Positions 11,985-24,600 of a stretch of DNA of 64,000 nucleotides are shown here, in pieces. This DNA is from Octopus sinensis (lineage: Eukaryota): contig NC_043000.1 in NCBI RefSeq assembly GCF_006345805.1, positions 123,690,001 through 123,754,000 of the forward strand, read 5' to 3'. A model generated the notes under the pieces. It had not been told where the DNA came from. It made no database searches and saw only the letters and a list, made by a program, of their open reading frames with translations. The position numbers and the translations under genes were made by a program. How positions within the stretch are numbered: position 1 is the first letter of the stretch; each line of letters starts with the position of its first letter.

Positions 11985-12774
11985 TTACTTGTCAATCATT
12001 AGGCTTCAGTCACACTGGGGTGTCATCTTAAAGAATTTTTAGTTGAATGTATCAACCCAAGGACTTATTTAATTTTTTAAAGCCTGATATTTATTCTATC
12101 AGTCTCTTTTGCCAAACTGCTGAGTTACAGGGATGTAAACACATCACCAGTGGTAGTAGGGGACAAACACAGACACAAAAACACACACATAATTATATAC
12201 ATATATGACAGGCTTCTTTCAGTTTCTGTCTACTAAATCCACTCACAAGACTTTGATCAACCTGAGGCTATAGTAGAAGACACTTGCCCAGGGTGCCACA
12301 CAGTGAGACTGAACCTAGAACCATGTGATTGGGAAGCAATCTTCTTACCACACAGCCACACATAGATAGAAAGATAGATAGATACATACATACACGTGTG
12401 TGTGTACACACACACGCACGCACACATATATATAAGCATGGCTATGTGGTTAAGAAACTTGCTTTGCAACCAGATATTTTTGGGTTCAATCCCTCTGCAA
12501 ACCAACCAGTGTTTTGTAAGTAAATTTGGTAATGTGTGTGTCTTTGCAATTGTGCTTGTCCCCCTACCACCGTTTGACAACCAGTGCTGGTTTGTTTAAA
12601 CCTTACCACTAGTGGTTCAACAAAAGAAACCGCTAGAATAAGTACTAGATTTTGAAAAAAATAAGTAATGGGGTAAATTCGTTAGTCAAACAAATGGATC
12701 TTAATGGACAGTATCCGAGCATGGCCACAGGTCAGTGACTGAAACAAGTAAAAGATAACAAGATATATACCCAA

Positions 12775-12823
<49 letters not shown>

Positions 12824-13180
12824 GCTTCTTTCAGTTTCCATATACCAAATCCACTCACAAGGCTTTGGTTGGCTCAAGGCTATAGTAGAAGACACTTGCC
12901 CAAGGTGCCACACAGTAGGACTGAACCCGGAACCATGTGGTTGGGAAGCAAGCTCCTTACTACATAGCCACTCTAGCTCGCTGGGCGAAATGCGTAGCCG
13001 TATTTTGTCTGCCGTTACGTTCTGAGTTCAAATTCCGCCGAGGTCGACTTTGCCTTTCACTCTTTCGGGGTCGATAAATAAAGTGCCAGTTTCGCACTAG
13101 GGTCGATGTAAGTAACTTAATCCCTTTGTTTGTCCTTGTTTGTCCCTTCTATGTTTAGCCCCTTGTGGGCAATAAAGAAA
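11985..13180. mobile_element. cluster of SINE copies (major family in both orientations plus one ggcggcgag-family copy)
   Basis: Matches to family blocks at ~11985-12360(-), 12425-12770(+), 12820-12972(-) and 12976-13180(+). Confidence 0.7.
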
Positions 13181-13406
13181 TATATATATTAATAAATAAT
13201 TATATATATATATATATACTAAGCAATAAAGGGTTTAGCAACGAATTGCCTTACCACAGACCGAATTTAGAAATAGCAGTCAAAGAGTTATAGCTATTTC
13301 TTCTACTAAAAAGGGGGATCTCAGTAAAAGCACAGCAATTGGAAGGCAGACACAAACAGGTAAGAGAGAATGAATTGACGGCAATCTATCATACAATTTT
13401 AAGTTA

Positions 13407-13506
13407 TCTACGGACGCACGTTTCGAAATCAAGTTTTTAGGAAAGCATAAGAATTAAATATTAAATAATTCTACCTTACCCAAACTTCTTTTCTCTTCAG
13501 CGTAGA
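13407..13506 (-). ncRNA. type I hammerhead ribozyme with extended stem II
   Basis: Minus: TCTACG-CTGAAGA-GAAA...(69 nt imperfect hairpin)...TTTC-GAAA-C-GTGC-GT-C-CGTAGA. 6-bp stem I, G-C first stem II pair, GUC triplet. Confidence 0.8.
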
Positions 13507-14482
13507 ATACTATAATCATAAATGATTATATATTGAATTTTGAGATACCAGAAGGCACCAACTCAACTCAGTATCAGAGCGAGCTAGAATCCGCAACTGG
13601 TATCACCAAATTCAAAGTGTGAATGAAAAGATTGTGTCACCAGCCCCTTCCCACCCGCGTGTAGCCAAAACAACATGCTGTGGTCATCTACTGAGATAAA
13701 ATATGGTTATCCGTAATAATGAAGGGTGAAATTAATTTAATTTGGAATAATTATCAATTACACCAAGTAGTCTTCGGCATGTAAAAGCCTCATTCGAGGA
13801 AGATTTAAGTAATACTAAGCAATAAAGGGTTTAGCAACGAATTGCCTTACCACAGACCGAATTTAGAAATAGCAGTCAAAGAGTTATAGCTATTTCTTCT
13901 ACTAAAAAGGGTTTGGGTAAGGTAGAATTATTTAATATTTAATTCTTATGCTTTCCTAAAAACTTGATTTCGAAACGTGCATCCGTAGATAACTTAAAAT
14001 TGTATGATAGATTGCCGTCAATTCATTCTCTCTTACCTGTTTGTGTCTGCCTTCCAATGCTGGTGTGTTTTTACTGAGATCCCCCTTTTTAGTAGAAGAA
14101 TAGCTATAACTCTTTGACTGCTATTTCTAAATTCGGTCTGTGGTAAGGCAATTCGTTGCTAAACCCTTTATTGCTTATTATTACTTAATTTTCCTCGAAT
14201 GAGGCTTTTACATGCCGAAGACTACTTGGTGTAATTGATAATTATTCCAAATTAATAATTTCACCCTTCATTATACGGAAACCATATTTTATCTCGTAGA
14301 AGATACCACAGCATGTTGTTTTGGCTACGCTCGGGGTGGGAAGGGGCTGGTGACACAATCTTTTCATTCACACTTTGAATTTGGTGATACCAGTTGCGGA
14401 TTCTCGCTCGCTCTGATACTGAGTGAGTTGGTGCCTTCTGGTATCTCAAAATTCATATATAATCATTTATGATTATAGTATC

Positions 14483-14578
14483 CTACGCTGAAGAGAAAAG
14501 AAGTTTGGGTAAGGTAGAATTATTTATATTTATTCTTATGCTTTCCTAAAAACTTGATTTCGAAACGTGCGTCCGTAG
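14483..14578 (+). ncRNA. type I hammerhead ribozyme with extended stem II
   Basis: CTACG 14483-87, CTGAAGA 14488-94, GAAA 14562-65, C-GTGC-GT-C, CGTAG 14574-78; predicted cleavage after 14573. Confidence 0.8.
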
Positions 14579-15430
14579 ATAACTTAAAATTGTATGATAG
14601 ATTGCCGTCAATCATTCTCTCTTACCTGTTTTGTCTGTCGCCTTCCAATTGCTGTGCTTTTACTGAGATCCCCCGTTTTAGTAGAAGAAATAGCTATAAC
14701 TCTTTGACTGCTATTCTAAATTTGGTCTGTGGTAAGGCAATTCGTTACTAAACCCTTTATGCTTAGTATTACTTAAATTCCTCGAATGAGGCTTTTACAT
14801 GCCGAGATACTTGGTGTAATTGATAATATTCCAAATTAATTAATTTCACCCTTCATTATTACGGATATATATATATATATATATAATTATTCGTTAATAT
14901 TATATATATATATTTATCTATTTATTTATTTATGATATTGATTGATCGTTAAATCCACAAGTTTTTTTTATTCTCTCCCTGTTTATTTCATCATATTCCT
15001 TCTGCTGAAGAGCATAGGCTCGAAAAGTAAAAGACTTTCTCACTTTCCCACGCGTCAAACTAATAAACCTGCTTGGTGTTCATACACCTGTCTTCGTCTT
15101 TTGTTTTTCTGTAAATTTCAACTAATACATATATATATATATAATATATATATAATAATATATATAATATATATATATGATATAATATATATTAATATTA
15201 ATGAATATTATATTTATGTACATTTACACACCCATATATATACACACACTCCTCCCCAAGGCAGTGCTCTAGCATGACCCCAGTTTAATGACTAAAGCCA
15301 ATAAAAAAAGTTATGAATAGATTTAAATAAATAATGTATCTATATATTTTTATTAATACCGAGTAGAAGTAACGATATACATATATATATAGTGTGTGTG
15401 TGTGTGCGCGCATATATATATATATAATAT

Positions 15431-15487
<57 letters not shown>

Positions 15488-15661
15488 GTATGTATGTATG
15501 TGTGCGTGATGTAATGTGTGTATATCCACACACACACATACCTCCACAAAGTTGTGTTAAACATAAGCACCAAGTAAATAAAGGACCTCTTGCAGACACA
15601 AGCAACAGTAGTTGGTTTGTAAAAAGTCTTTTTTTGGAGGTGGTAGTTAGGGAATAACGCT

Positions 15662-15669
15662 CCGGAAGT
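15662..15669 (+). promoter_or_regulatory. ETS/GABP-type motif CCGGAAGT upstream of the putative start codon
   Basis: Exact CCGGAAGT about 70 bp upstream of ATG 15740, in a short repeat-free, locally CpG-containing segment. Function is inferred. Confidence 0.35.
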
Positions 15670-15739
15670 ACTTGCCAACAATGTCAAAAAACTAAACTTT
15701 TTTTTTCTCTCCTGCGGATCATTTAGTGGATTTGTAAAA

Positions 15740-15816
15740 ATGGACAGTCGTATATATTCTATCGAATCATCTCAGAGTGATATGGATATAGATTCGGTGG
15801 TTATTACGAATGATTT
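15740..15816 (+). CDS. SLC30A2: putative first coding exon of the zinc transporter ([25 protein letters not shown]-)
   Basis: aaaaATGG start context, 25 codons + 2 nt, then a perfect GTAAGT donor. Phase 2 matches the 41056 exon. The peptide is not conserved enough to confirm by homology; the link across a 25 kb intron is inferred. Confidence 0.6.
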
Positions 15817-18020
15817 GTAAGTTTGTTTTTATAAACATCTTGTTTCTTATCTTCTTTGTATATATATATATATATGCCCTCCTTGTTACCTATATTTTCT
15901 ATATTTACATAATAAACCCTGTAGTTTCAGTTAATGAACATACCTGTCTATCCACAGCTTGTTCCTTTTTAACATTTACACGAAATTTGAATGCTTTATT
16001 ATTCTTTTAAAAAATGTTTCTTTAATTACGAGGTGCCTCTAGTCTGTCGATAGTACTGCTTATTAATTACAGTAGAACAAAACGTAATTATTAACAAAAC
16101 ATTAGAGAAAATATTCAGTTTTGTTTTTAGTGAACAATAACGTAAAATAAATAACATATAACTTTCTCTTTCTTTAAATATAATTTATAATTATAATTAG
16201 TGTTTTTAATTGTATTTAGTTCTTTATTATTATTATTATTATCTGTTTTGTTCGGTTGTTCTGTTATGTTGTAAACATATGTTGAGTATAGCGGGCCAGA
16301 TGGTAGATTAATTAAAAGAAGTTTGTACTAACTCTTGTAAAATAATTTTCTCTATTTAATCCAGATATGTATGTAATCTACATAAATACCTCCGCTATGA
16401 TAGTGTCATGTTTACCGAAGAAATTATTGTTCACCGGCTCCTATTCATAATTTCTATGTTCATTCCTTTCGTTAATTATTTCTGCTGTTTAGCCCCGGTC
16501 AACTTTGACCAAAACTGCAAACAAAAGCATTCCACCAGCAATTTATCCTATCTCTATAGAATATCAAAGACTTTAGTATTTATTTGTTCTTCCCTGTTAA
16601 AGATAGTAAGGGGAGATTTGACTGCCATTTCTTGCAGTTTGACTAAACTTGTTGAAGCTTTTTCGTTAGTTTGTATATGTGTTTACTCACGATATCCCCA
16701 AATGAGCCTTGATTTAACAGATTTTTTATTAAAGGCGTTCCACAGCAGTGACCATCTCGTCGTATAGTGTTCTACATTGTTCAATGTATCCTTCCATTTT
16801 TAAGGTGGAAGCGTGTGACTGAAAGGAATTTGACTGCTATTTCTAGCAAGCTAAACCACAGCATAGAAGCTCCGTTTATAAAAATGTATACATGTATTCT
16901 TAAGAGGCTGACAGCGGGGTCTAAATGTACTTATAGCTGCCCCTGATATACAGTTGCAGAGTTTGTACGGGAAATGCTCCCCGAAGACTGCTGCGCGACT
17001 GAACAGCCATATCTGGGACCACGTTATTTACTCCTGCCCAGGAAGGGTCTACAAAAGGTGGTCTAAAAGACAATAAACTGCACCTGTCAGGACATTTCTC
17101 GTAGTGGTGGAAACAAGAATTAAACAAATACTAGTTAGGCTTCTCAGGGCTTGATATCCGACCCCAGGGTCAAACAGCTCGTCACTATACAGAGCTGTGT
17201 CCCTGTATTCTAGCTATCGTTTTACTTAGTATGACCAGGCTACTCGAAGCGGGGTTTTCTTTTAAAAACTTTGGCGGACTAAACTTTCTTCTGAAAGGTG
17301 GAAGGTCAACTCCGAAGGTAGTAATGACAAACTTGGGTCACTGGCTTTCCTGTGAGATAAGTCCGCTGTCTGAACTGTTTCTCATTAAGGTGTGGCTGTG
17401 GAGATTGAAAAGAGAGCGAGCAAATTGCTATCTTTGATAAAATTAAGATAATACACCATATCGAATACGATAGCAAAGTATCGAATGCACTGCAAAGAAA
17501 GAATATTTGTTGTATACTCATTGCATTAGAAGTATTTAGGCGGTTTCTGTTGCGCTCCTGCGACCGGGTGTTGAGGTTTATTGCTCGGATCCTCTACGGT
17601 TGATCGTGGGTATTTTCCGAGCCCCCTCCCCACCCCCTCCTTTGTCAGCGCGCTTTTTTTTCGTCATATTCCTTCAATATACGATGCCTTACACCTGTTA
17701 CGCATATTCTTTTCCATTTTCGTGGATCTATATATTAACCAACTTTATTTTGTTTTTTTTTTATTAACGTGGTTAATCGACGAAAAATTTTGCTATTTGG
17801 ACGTGAGGAAGAGATTAATTTCTTAATTTGAGAACCATTGCACTACTTGGTGTTATTCTCCTCTTAGAAAGTCCCTAAGTCACGTTGTTTCTGCACTACA
17901 CTGTCGTACTGTGTTGCATCTCTCCAAAATCGGTTTTTAAAAATTCTTGTGAGTGCTTTAGCCCATTGAAAGAGGAGTGAGGTTGGCATGTGATTTAAGT
18001 TGGTTGACTCAATAATAATT

Positions 18021-18075
<55 letters not shown>

Positions 18076-21000
18076 TGAAAGCAGAACTAAATGTAGGGCT
18101 TTAAAAGCTTGCTGTATTTCAGAAGCATTTACACTCATTTAAACTCCCTTGAAGATTTGAACCCTTATCTAAGCAAACTCTAGTCCATTATACAGCTGCC
18201 TTATTGATCAGTCATGCACTGTAGCTACTAATGGCACCTGTTTAGTCAGATTAACTGAACCAACAAGTGTTAACTTTCATCCTTAAACAGCAAGAAATGT
18301 GTGTACCAAGCAAACAAAGACAAATATCTCTTTCCTTAAGAGTAATTTTTATAATATGTACCAAAGCTATCATTGTTAGTCTCTTACACAGTAAAATTTA
18401 CAGTTTCATTATTGAAAAATGTCATAAACTTTCCTTTCTCGATGACTATAGCCATATAAAATTTTTGATGATATTTACTATTTAAGGGTTGGAGATCTTT
18501 ATAACTAATAAAATCTAAATCCTTTAGTATGTTGCCCAGTACACCATGAATTTCTCTGACTGCAATATCTGTACTGATAGCAAAGTATGTAAAACTGCTA
18601 AAGTAGGTAATGGTTTCGTCTACACCAAAGTTAAATGTCATCATTTATCTAACTGGGTTTTACAGTTTTATCCTAGCTCATAATTATGTACGTAATGCTC
18701 AGTGACTGTAACAGACTGGTTGACATTTGATGAGGCTGAATGTTTAAATACACACACATGTATATGTATATATATATATAAATAATAATATTAGGGCGTG
18801 TAACTCCAAACTTACAGGGAAAATTTCAATTTAGTATTAAATCAAATTTCACAATATAAATGTATGTATGTATATATATATATATATATATATATGTAAA
18901 TTAGAGAAAAACTACTATTATGTAATTCAAACAATGATAGGCATAAATCATACCATATAGAAAAAATAAAATATATGATAAAATTTTTACCTAGATCACA
19001 AAAAGTACATAATAATAAACAGTATATAATTAGTAAAAGGACTATGTACATTTTGTGGCTATATCTTCAATTCGAATTGCAATTAAATTTAAATTTAATC
19101 GATCCAAAAACATTTCAATTTAAAAGTATAGTCACTCCTCAGGTCAACAATAATATATATGTATATATATATCCTCATCATCGTTTTAACGTCTGTTTTC
19201 CATGCTAGCATGGGTTGGACAGTTCGATCGGGGCCTGGGAAGCCAAGAGGCTGCACCAGGCTCCAGTCTGATCTGGCAGTGTTTTTACAGCTGGATGCCC
19301 TTCCTAAAGCCAACCCCTCAGCTTACCAGCCCTGGTCAAACCGTCCAACCCATGCCATCATAGACAAATGGAAGCTAAATGATGATGATGATCTATATAG
19401 TCATACTTAAATATTCATCATCTGAAAATTTTCAGTTTTTGCTTTCTTTCTGTTTGTATGTGTGACCCCCTTCGGTCATGAATGACCATGGGATTGCACC
19501 TAGAAAGTTACCCTCCAAGGCACAAGTCTGGGCAAGGTTGTTTATGGAAGACCAGCAGTCGCCCACACATACCAGCCTCCCCTCTCCACACCACTGATGT
19601 TATCCAAGTGAAAGGCAAAGGCCGATACAGCTTGGCACCCGTGATGTCGCAGCTCATTTATTAAAGTGCAAGTGGCCGAGCATTTCGCATACACATGTAC
19701 CCTTAACATAGTTCTCGGGGAAATTCAGCGTGACACAGAGTGTGACAAGGCTGGCCCTTCGAAATACAGATACAACAGAAACAGGAAGAAAAAGTGAGAG
19801 AAAGTTGTGAAAGAGTACAGCTGAGTTCACCACCATCCTCTGCCAGAGCCTCATGGAGCTTTAGGTGTTTTCACTCAATAAACACTGACAATGTCCGGTC
19901 TGGGAATCGAAACCACGATCCTACGACCGCGAGTCTGCTGCCCTAACCACTGGGCCATTGCGCCTCCCTGTTTGTATGTAGACATATATTTTGTATATCA
20001 AACCCATGCTTGTTATATGTAATTTGTTTATCTGCATAATTGCCTCTGTCTATTAGGCATACATATATGAATGTGTGTGTGGAGAGAGAGAGAGATGTGT
20101 GTGTGTGAATGTATGTATGTTTTATTGGAAGTAAATTTTAATGGGTCATAGTTCAGAATTTTACATTGTGGATTATTCAAACGAATCACTTGAATAGTCA
20201 GCAACAAAAAATACAGGTTGAAGTTTCCAGAATATTCAACTTCTAATAAAATGTATGAAGTGTACTGAATGTACTGTGTAGTAGTATTTCATTGTAAATG
20301 AAAACATTTGTGTCTGTATAACTTCAGTCAGGAAGGAGCTTTTTGCCTTATCCAAGACATAAAATTCTGTTGTCTCTGGGGAGAGTCATTTTCTTTTTGT
20401 GCCTTATAATGTAACACACTCACCGGTAAAATTTCCACTCATTTCTTATTGTGTCTTGCAACAACTATTGAAAAGGTTGCAGGATGCAATGAAAATTTTA
20501 GAAAAATAAAATAAGAAATAAGTGGAAATTTTACCGGTGAGTGTGTTACATTATAAGGGACAAAAAGAAAATGATTCTCCCCAGACACAACAGAATATGC
20601 TTCAACACACGAACTCATATAAAGAAGCTTGCAAACCAAATACAAGACATAAAAGCTTTTCTGCTTTTCATGCCATGATAAAAGGAACTATAAAATGATT
20701 GGTTATAGGAAAGGCATCCAGCCATAGAAATCAAGCTAAAAATCACTCTCAATAAAAACTAACTTTGATCATAATGATCTGTCCAACATATGCCAGCACG
20801 GAAAAGAGGCATAAAATGTAGGTGATAGTAAATACAGATATTTACAAGTAGGTGTGTGTATGTGTATCTCTATCTCTTTACTCTTTTACTTGTTTCAGTC
20901 ATTTGACTGCAGCCATGGTGGAGCACCGCCTTTAGTCGAGCAAATCGACCCCAGAGCTTATTCTTTGTAAGCCTTGTAGTTATTCTATTGGTCTCTTTTG

Positions 21001-21092
21001 CCGAACAGCTAAGTTACGGGGACGTAAACACACCAGCATCAGTTGTCAAGCAATGCTAGGGGGACAAACACAGACACACAGACACACACACA

Positions 21093-21123
<31 letters not shown>

Positions 21124-21126
21124 CAC

Positions 21127-21158
<32 letters not shown>

Positions 21159-21612
21159 CATATATACGACAGGCTTCTTTGAGTTTCCGTCTATCAAATC
21201 CACTCACAAGGCTTTGGTCGGCTCGAGGCTATAGTAGAAGACACTTGCCCAAGGTACCATGCAGCGGGACTGAACCCGGAACCATATGGTTGGTAAGCAA
21301 GCTACTTACCACACAGCCACTTCTGCGCCTATACGTCTTGTTTTTATATATATATCAGTAATTTTACTGGAGATGGGTATAATAGATTGAATAGGAAGAT
21401 TTTAAAAATTATCAAGATGATCACATTGATAATGTGGTGAACAATTATCTCTCTGTTTCAGATGAAAACAAAAATAGAGACAAGCACAGATGTTCCATGT
21501 GAATGGCTTGATAGTCATTAAAGGGTTCCTAAGCATGAAACCAATGCTAGCCTTAATTCACAAATAATATGTATATGTTTGTGTGTATGTGTGTGTATAT
21601 ATATGCATGTAT

Positions 21613-21672
<60 letters not shown>

Positions 21673-24600
21673 TACCGTCAGAAATTAATTAGCACCCTTG
21701 ATTTGCTCTTCACTCAAGGTATGTGCTGTCACCTAGTGGCCATATCTCGAACTATTGCTTTGTTGCGAGTTCATTTGTTTGCAGAGCAGTTTGAGAGTCT
21801 ACAGCCTTATGATGTTGACATAGCAGTGCAACAACAACTTGGAGTGCGGATGCAGACAAATCTTCCTTTGTTTAATAGATATAGGTAGCGCCTCGCAAGG
21901 TCCGAAATCACACCATACTAAGTTTTCTCATCGCGTAAGATGTTTTGAACAGCTCATAGGTTAATTGATTTAACCTATTTAATGTAGAAATTTGAGAAGT
22001 GCTAATTACTTTCTGACACAAGTGTATATATATATATATGAGAGGGAGAGTGAGTATGTAGATAGGGATCTGATCTGAGCTGTGTTCTCATGAAGCACAT
22101 CTGCATATTCCAGTGCTCCAAAATTGTATGTACATGTTATAATTGTGTGAGACATTAATAAGCAGGAGTGGCTGTGTGGTAAGTAGCTTGCTTACCAACG
22201 ACATGGTCCCGGGTTCAGTTCCACTGCGTGGCACCTTGGGCAAGTGTCTTCTACTATAGCCTCGGGCTGACCAAAGCCTTGTGAGTGGATTTGATAGACA
22301 GAAACTGGAAGAATCTCATCATATATATGTATATGTATGTATGTGTGTGTGTGTCTGTGTTTGTCCCCGCAACATTGCTTGACAACCGATGCTGGTGTGT
22401 TTACATCACCATAACTTAGTGGTTCGGCAAAAGAGCCCGATAGAGTAAGTACTAGGCTTACAAAGAATAAGTCCTGGGGTCAATTTGCTCGACTATAAAG
22501 GCAATGATCCAGCATGGCCGCAGTCAAATGACTGAAACAAGTAAAAGAGTAAGTGTAAGCATTGAAAAATACTGGAAAATAGTTTTTGTAGAGTAACCTA
22601 CATATCAAACAGGAGATTGGAAAAAACTTAAATAAATATATAATCAGATAATACCAAATTTTTTTTCCAATCTACTGTTGTTATTATATAAGAGCTGGTA
22701 TCAATAGGTTCCTGGATTAGTTATGCTTAACAAAAAAATAACTTATTTACCTAAGTTTTAACATCATCTCCTTCAAAATAATCATATTATGCAGCATATC
22801 ACTGGTGCCAGTGTCCCTGCCACTTTTGGAATCCGACCTGGAAGTTGGTTTTCATAACCGAGTTGAGGACCTTCTGTGATACACTGTTGATCTCGACAAT
22901 GATGTTAAAAAGGCAACTTTTGAGCTGCATTTTCATCTCGGGGAAGAGAAGGAAGTCAGTAAATGCTAAACCTAGCAAACAGGGTTGATACATATGCAAT
23001 ACTATCTTGTTTTTGGTGAGAAACTCACAAGTAAGGAGAACTCGGTGACAGGGTGCATTGTCGTGAAAAATCCAATTCTTTATGCTCCAGTTGCTTTCAC
23101 TGAATGTCTTCCCTCACTTGCTTCAAAACATCACAGTTGAACTCTCAATTGATGGTCTGGCCCTGGGGCACAAATTCTCAATGCACAATACTACATCTCT
23201 GGGGTGACATTCTTGGCAGGTCTTCCAGATCACTCGTTGTCTTCCAGAGATGTTCTTCTATTTTTGAAGCACCTGTGCCACTCGAAACATTGCATATGAC
23301 CCATTACCTCATCATCTTAAGCTTGCTAAAGCATGCTTGATGTCTCTGTAGTAGACTTCCCAAGTTTAACACAAAATTTCACTCTGGTTCTTTATTCCTA
23401 TCCATGGCAAAATTGCAGACTACAGCATACATACAATCTCACAAAAATACAAATTTCACAACTTCCAAAGTAAACACAGCAATGTTACTTAGCACTCTGC
23501 CTCATGAAGGTCACTGCTAGCTCTCACTGGACATGCAACCCTATGCTCCAATCTATTGGCACACTACACAACTAGTCTGGGAACTTTTTGATACCACTTC
23601 ATGTCGGATAAACCAATGCCAATGAAAACATAACCTCCTTCCTTGGTAGAGGTAGTAAGATTGTAAATAAAACGTGAAAATCAAAGACCAAATATATACG
23701 TTTTATTTACTATTTTGCTCATTACTTAATCATTGTTATGTTTTATCTTATATTTAATCTTTCTATAATATGTAATTTTTCTAAATGGTATAATTTAATT
23801 TTTCATTATTGAATTGATAAAAGGTGGGGTTTTTTCTAATTTTTATATATATATACATACATATACAGGTGTGTATGATTGTGTATAGAAGAATATATTA
23901 CTCAAAGAAATTCCAACTTTGTCTGATTTCCACGTTTTATTTACAATCTTATTACCTCCTCCAAGGAAGGAGGTTATGTTTTCATTGGCGTTGGTTTGTC
24001 TGTCTGTCCATCAGTGTGCAAAATAACTCAAAAAGTTGTGAATGGTATTTGATGAAACTTGCCGAAAATGATGGTAATGACACAAGCAACAGATGATGAA
24101 ATTTTGGTAGTGATCCAGGAATTTTTATGGATTCTTGAAGGATATTTCATTTGTTATATTTACTTTACTTGAAGTATTACAATGTTATGTTCTTTGATTA
24201 TCTCCCTTGAAAACACATCGTTTCCACGTAACCTATGGTGGCATTGCTGTTTAGAGACAGTGTTGATGATGACGATGATCGAGATAATTATGTTAGGAGG
24301 ATAAAATAGTATCGGTGGTTATAATGGCAACAGGAGCGGTGTGATGTGTGATGTGTGATGCTGAGATGGTGGTATTGCAGTGGTTATACAGGTTGTGGTG
24401 ATGAAAGTGACTGGGGTTGATTTGCTCCACTAAAGGTAGTGCTCCAGCATGGCTGCAGGCAAATGACTGAAACAAATTAAAGAGTTAAAGAGTAATGCTA
24501 AGAGTAAAAGATGTTCTATATGACACATTCTACCAGTATGCAAAGTTTGAAAGTGTTTGAGAGTGTTTAGTTAAAGGGTTTAGGAAGAGCATCCAGCTGT

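Larger units (their letters stand above)
13217..14865. mobile_element. Penelope-like/retrozyme-like element: ~596-bp unit, ~1.2 copies followed by ~1.6 inverted copies, hammerhead-bearing
   Basis: tactaagcaataaaggg at 13217 and 13813; inversion junction near 13911; gtttgggtaagg at 13911 and 14503; (TA)n on both flanks. Confidence 0.82.

Noticed and set aside
13911-13990. Third hammerhead in the 13.2-kb element
   Set aside because: The inversion junction removes stem I and the CUGAAGA core, and G16.2 is changed to A; a half motif only.
8358-14865. CRISPR array or prokaryotic system as an explanation of the repeats
   Set aside because: Units are 570-600 bp with no short repeat-spacer periodicity, there are no cas genes, and the context is a spliced animal gene.
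18384-18644. 86-aa minus-strand ORF
   Set aside because: No recognisable domain or convincing flanking splice sites; a length expected by chance.
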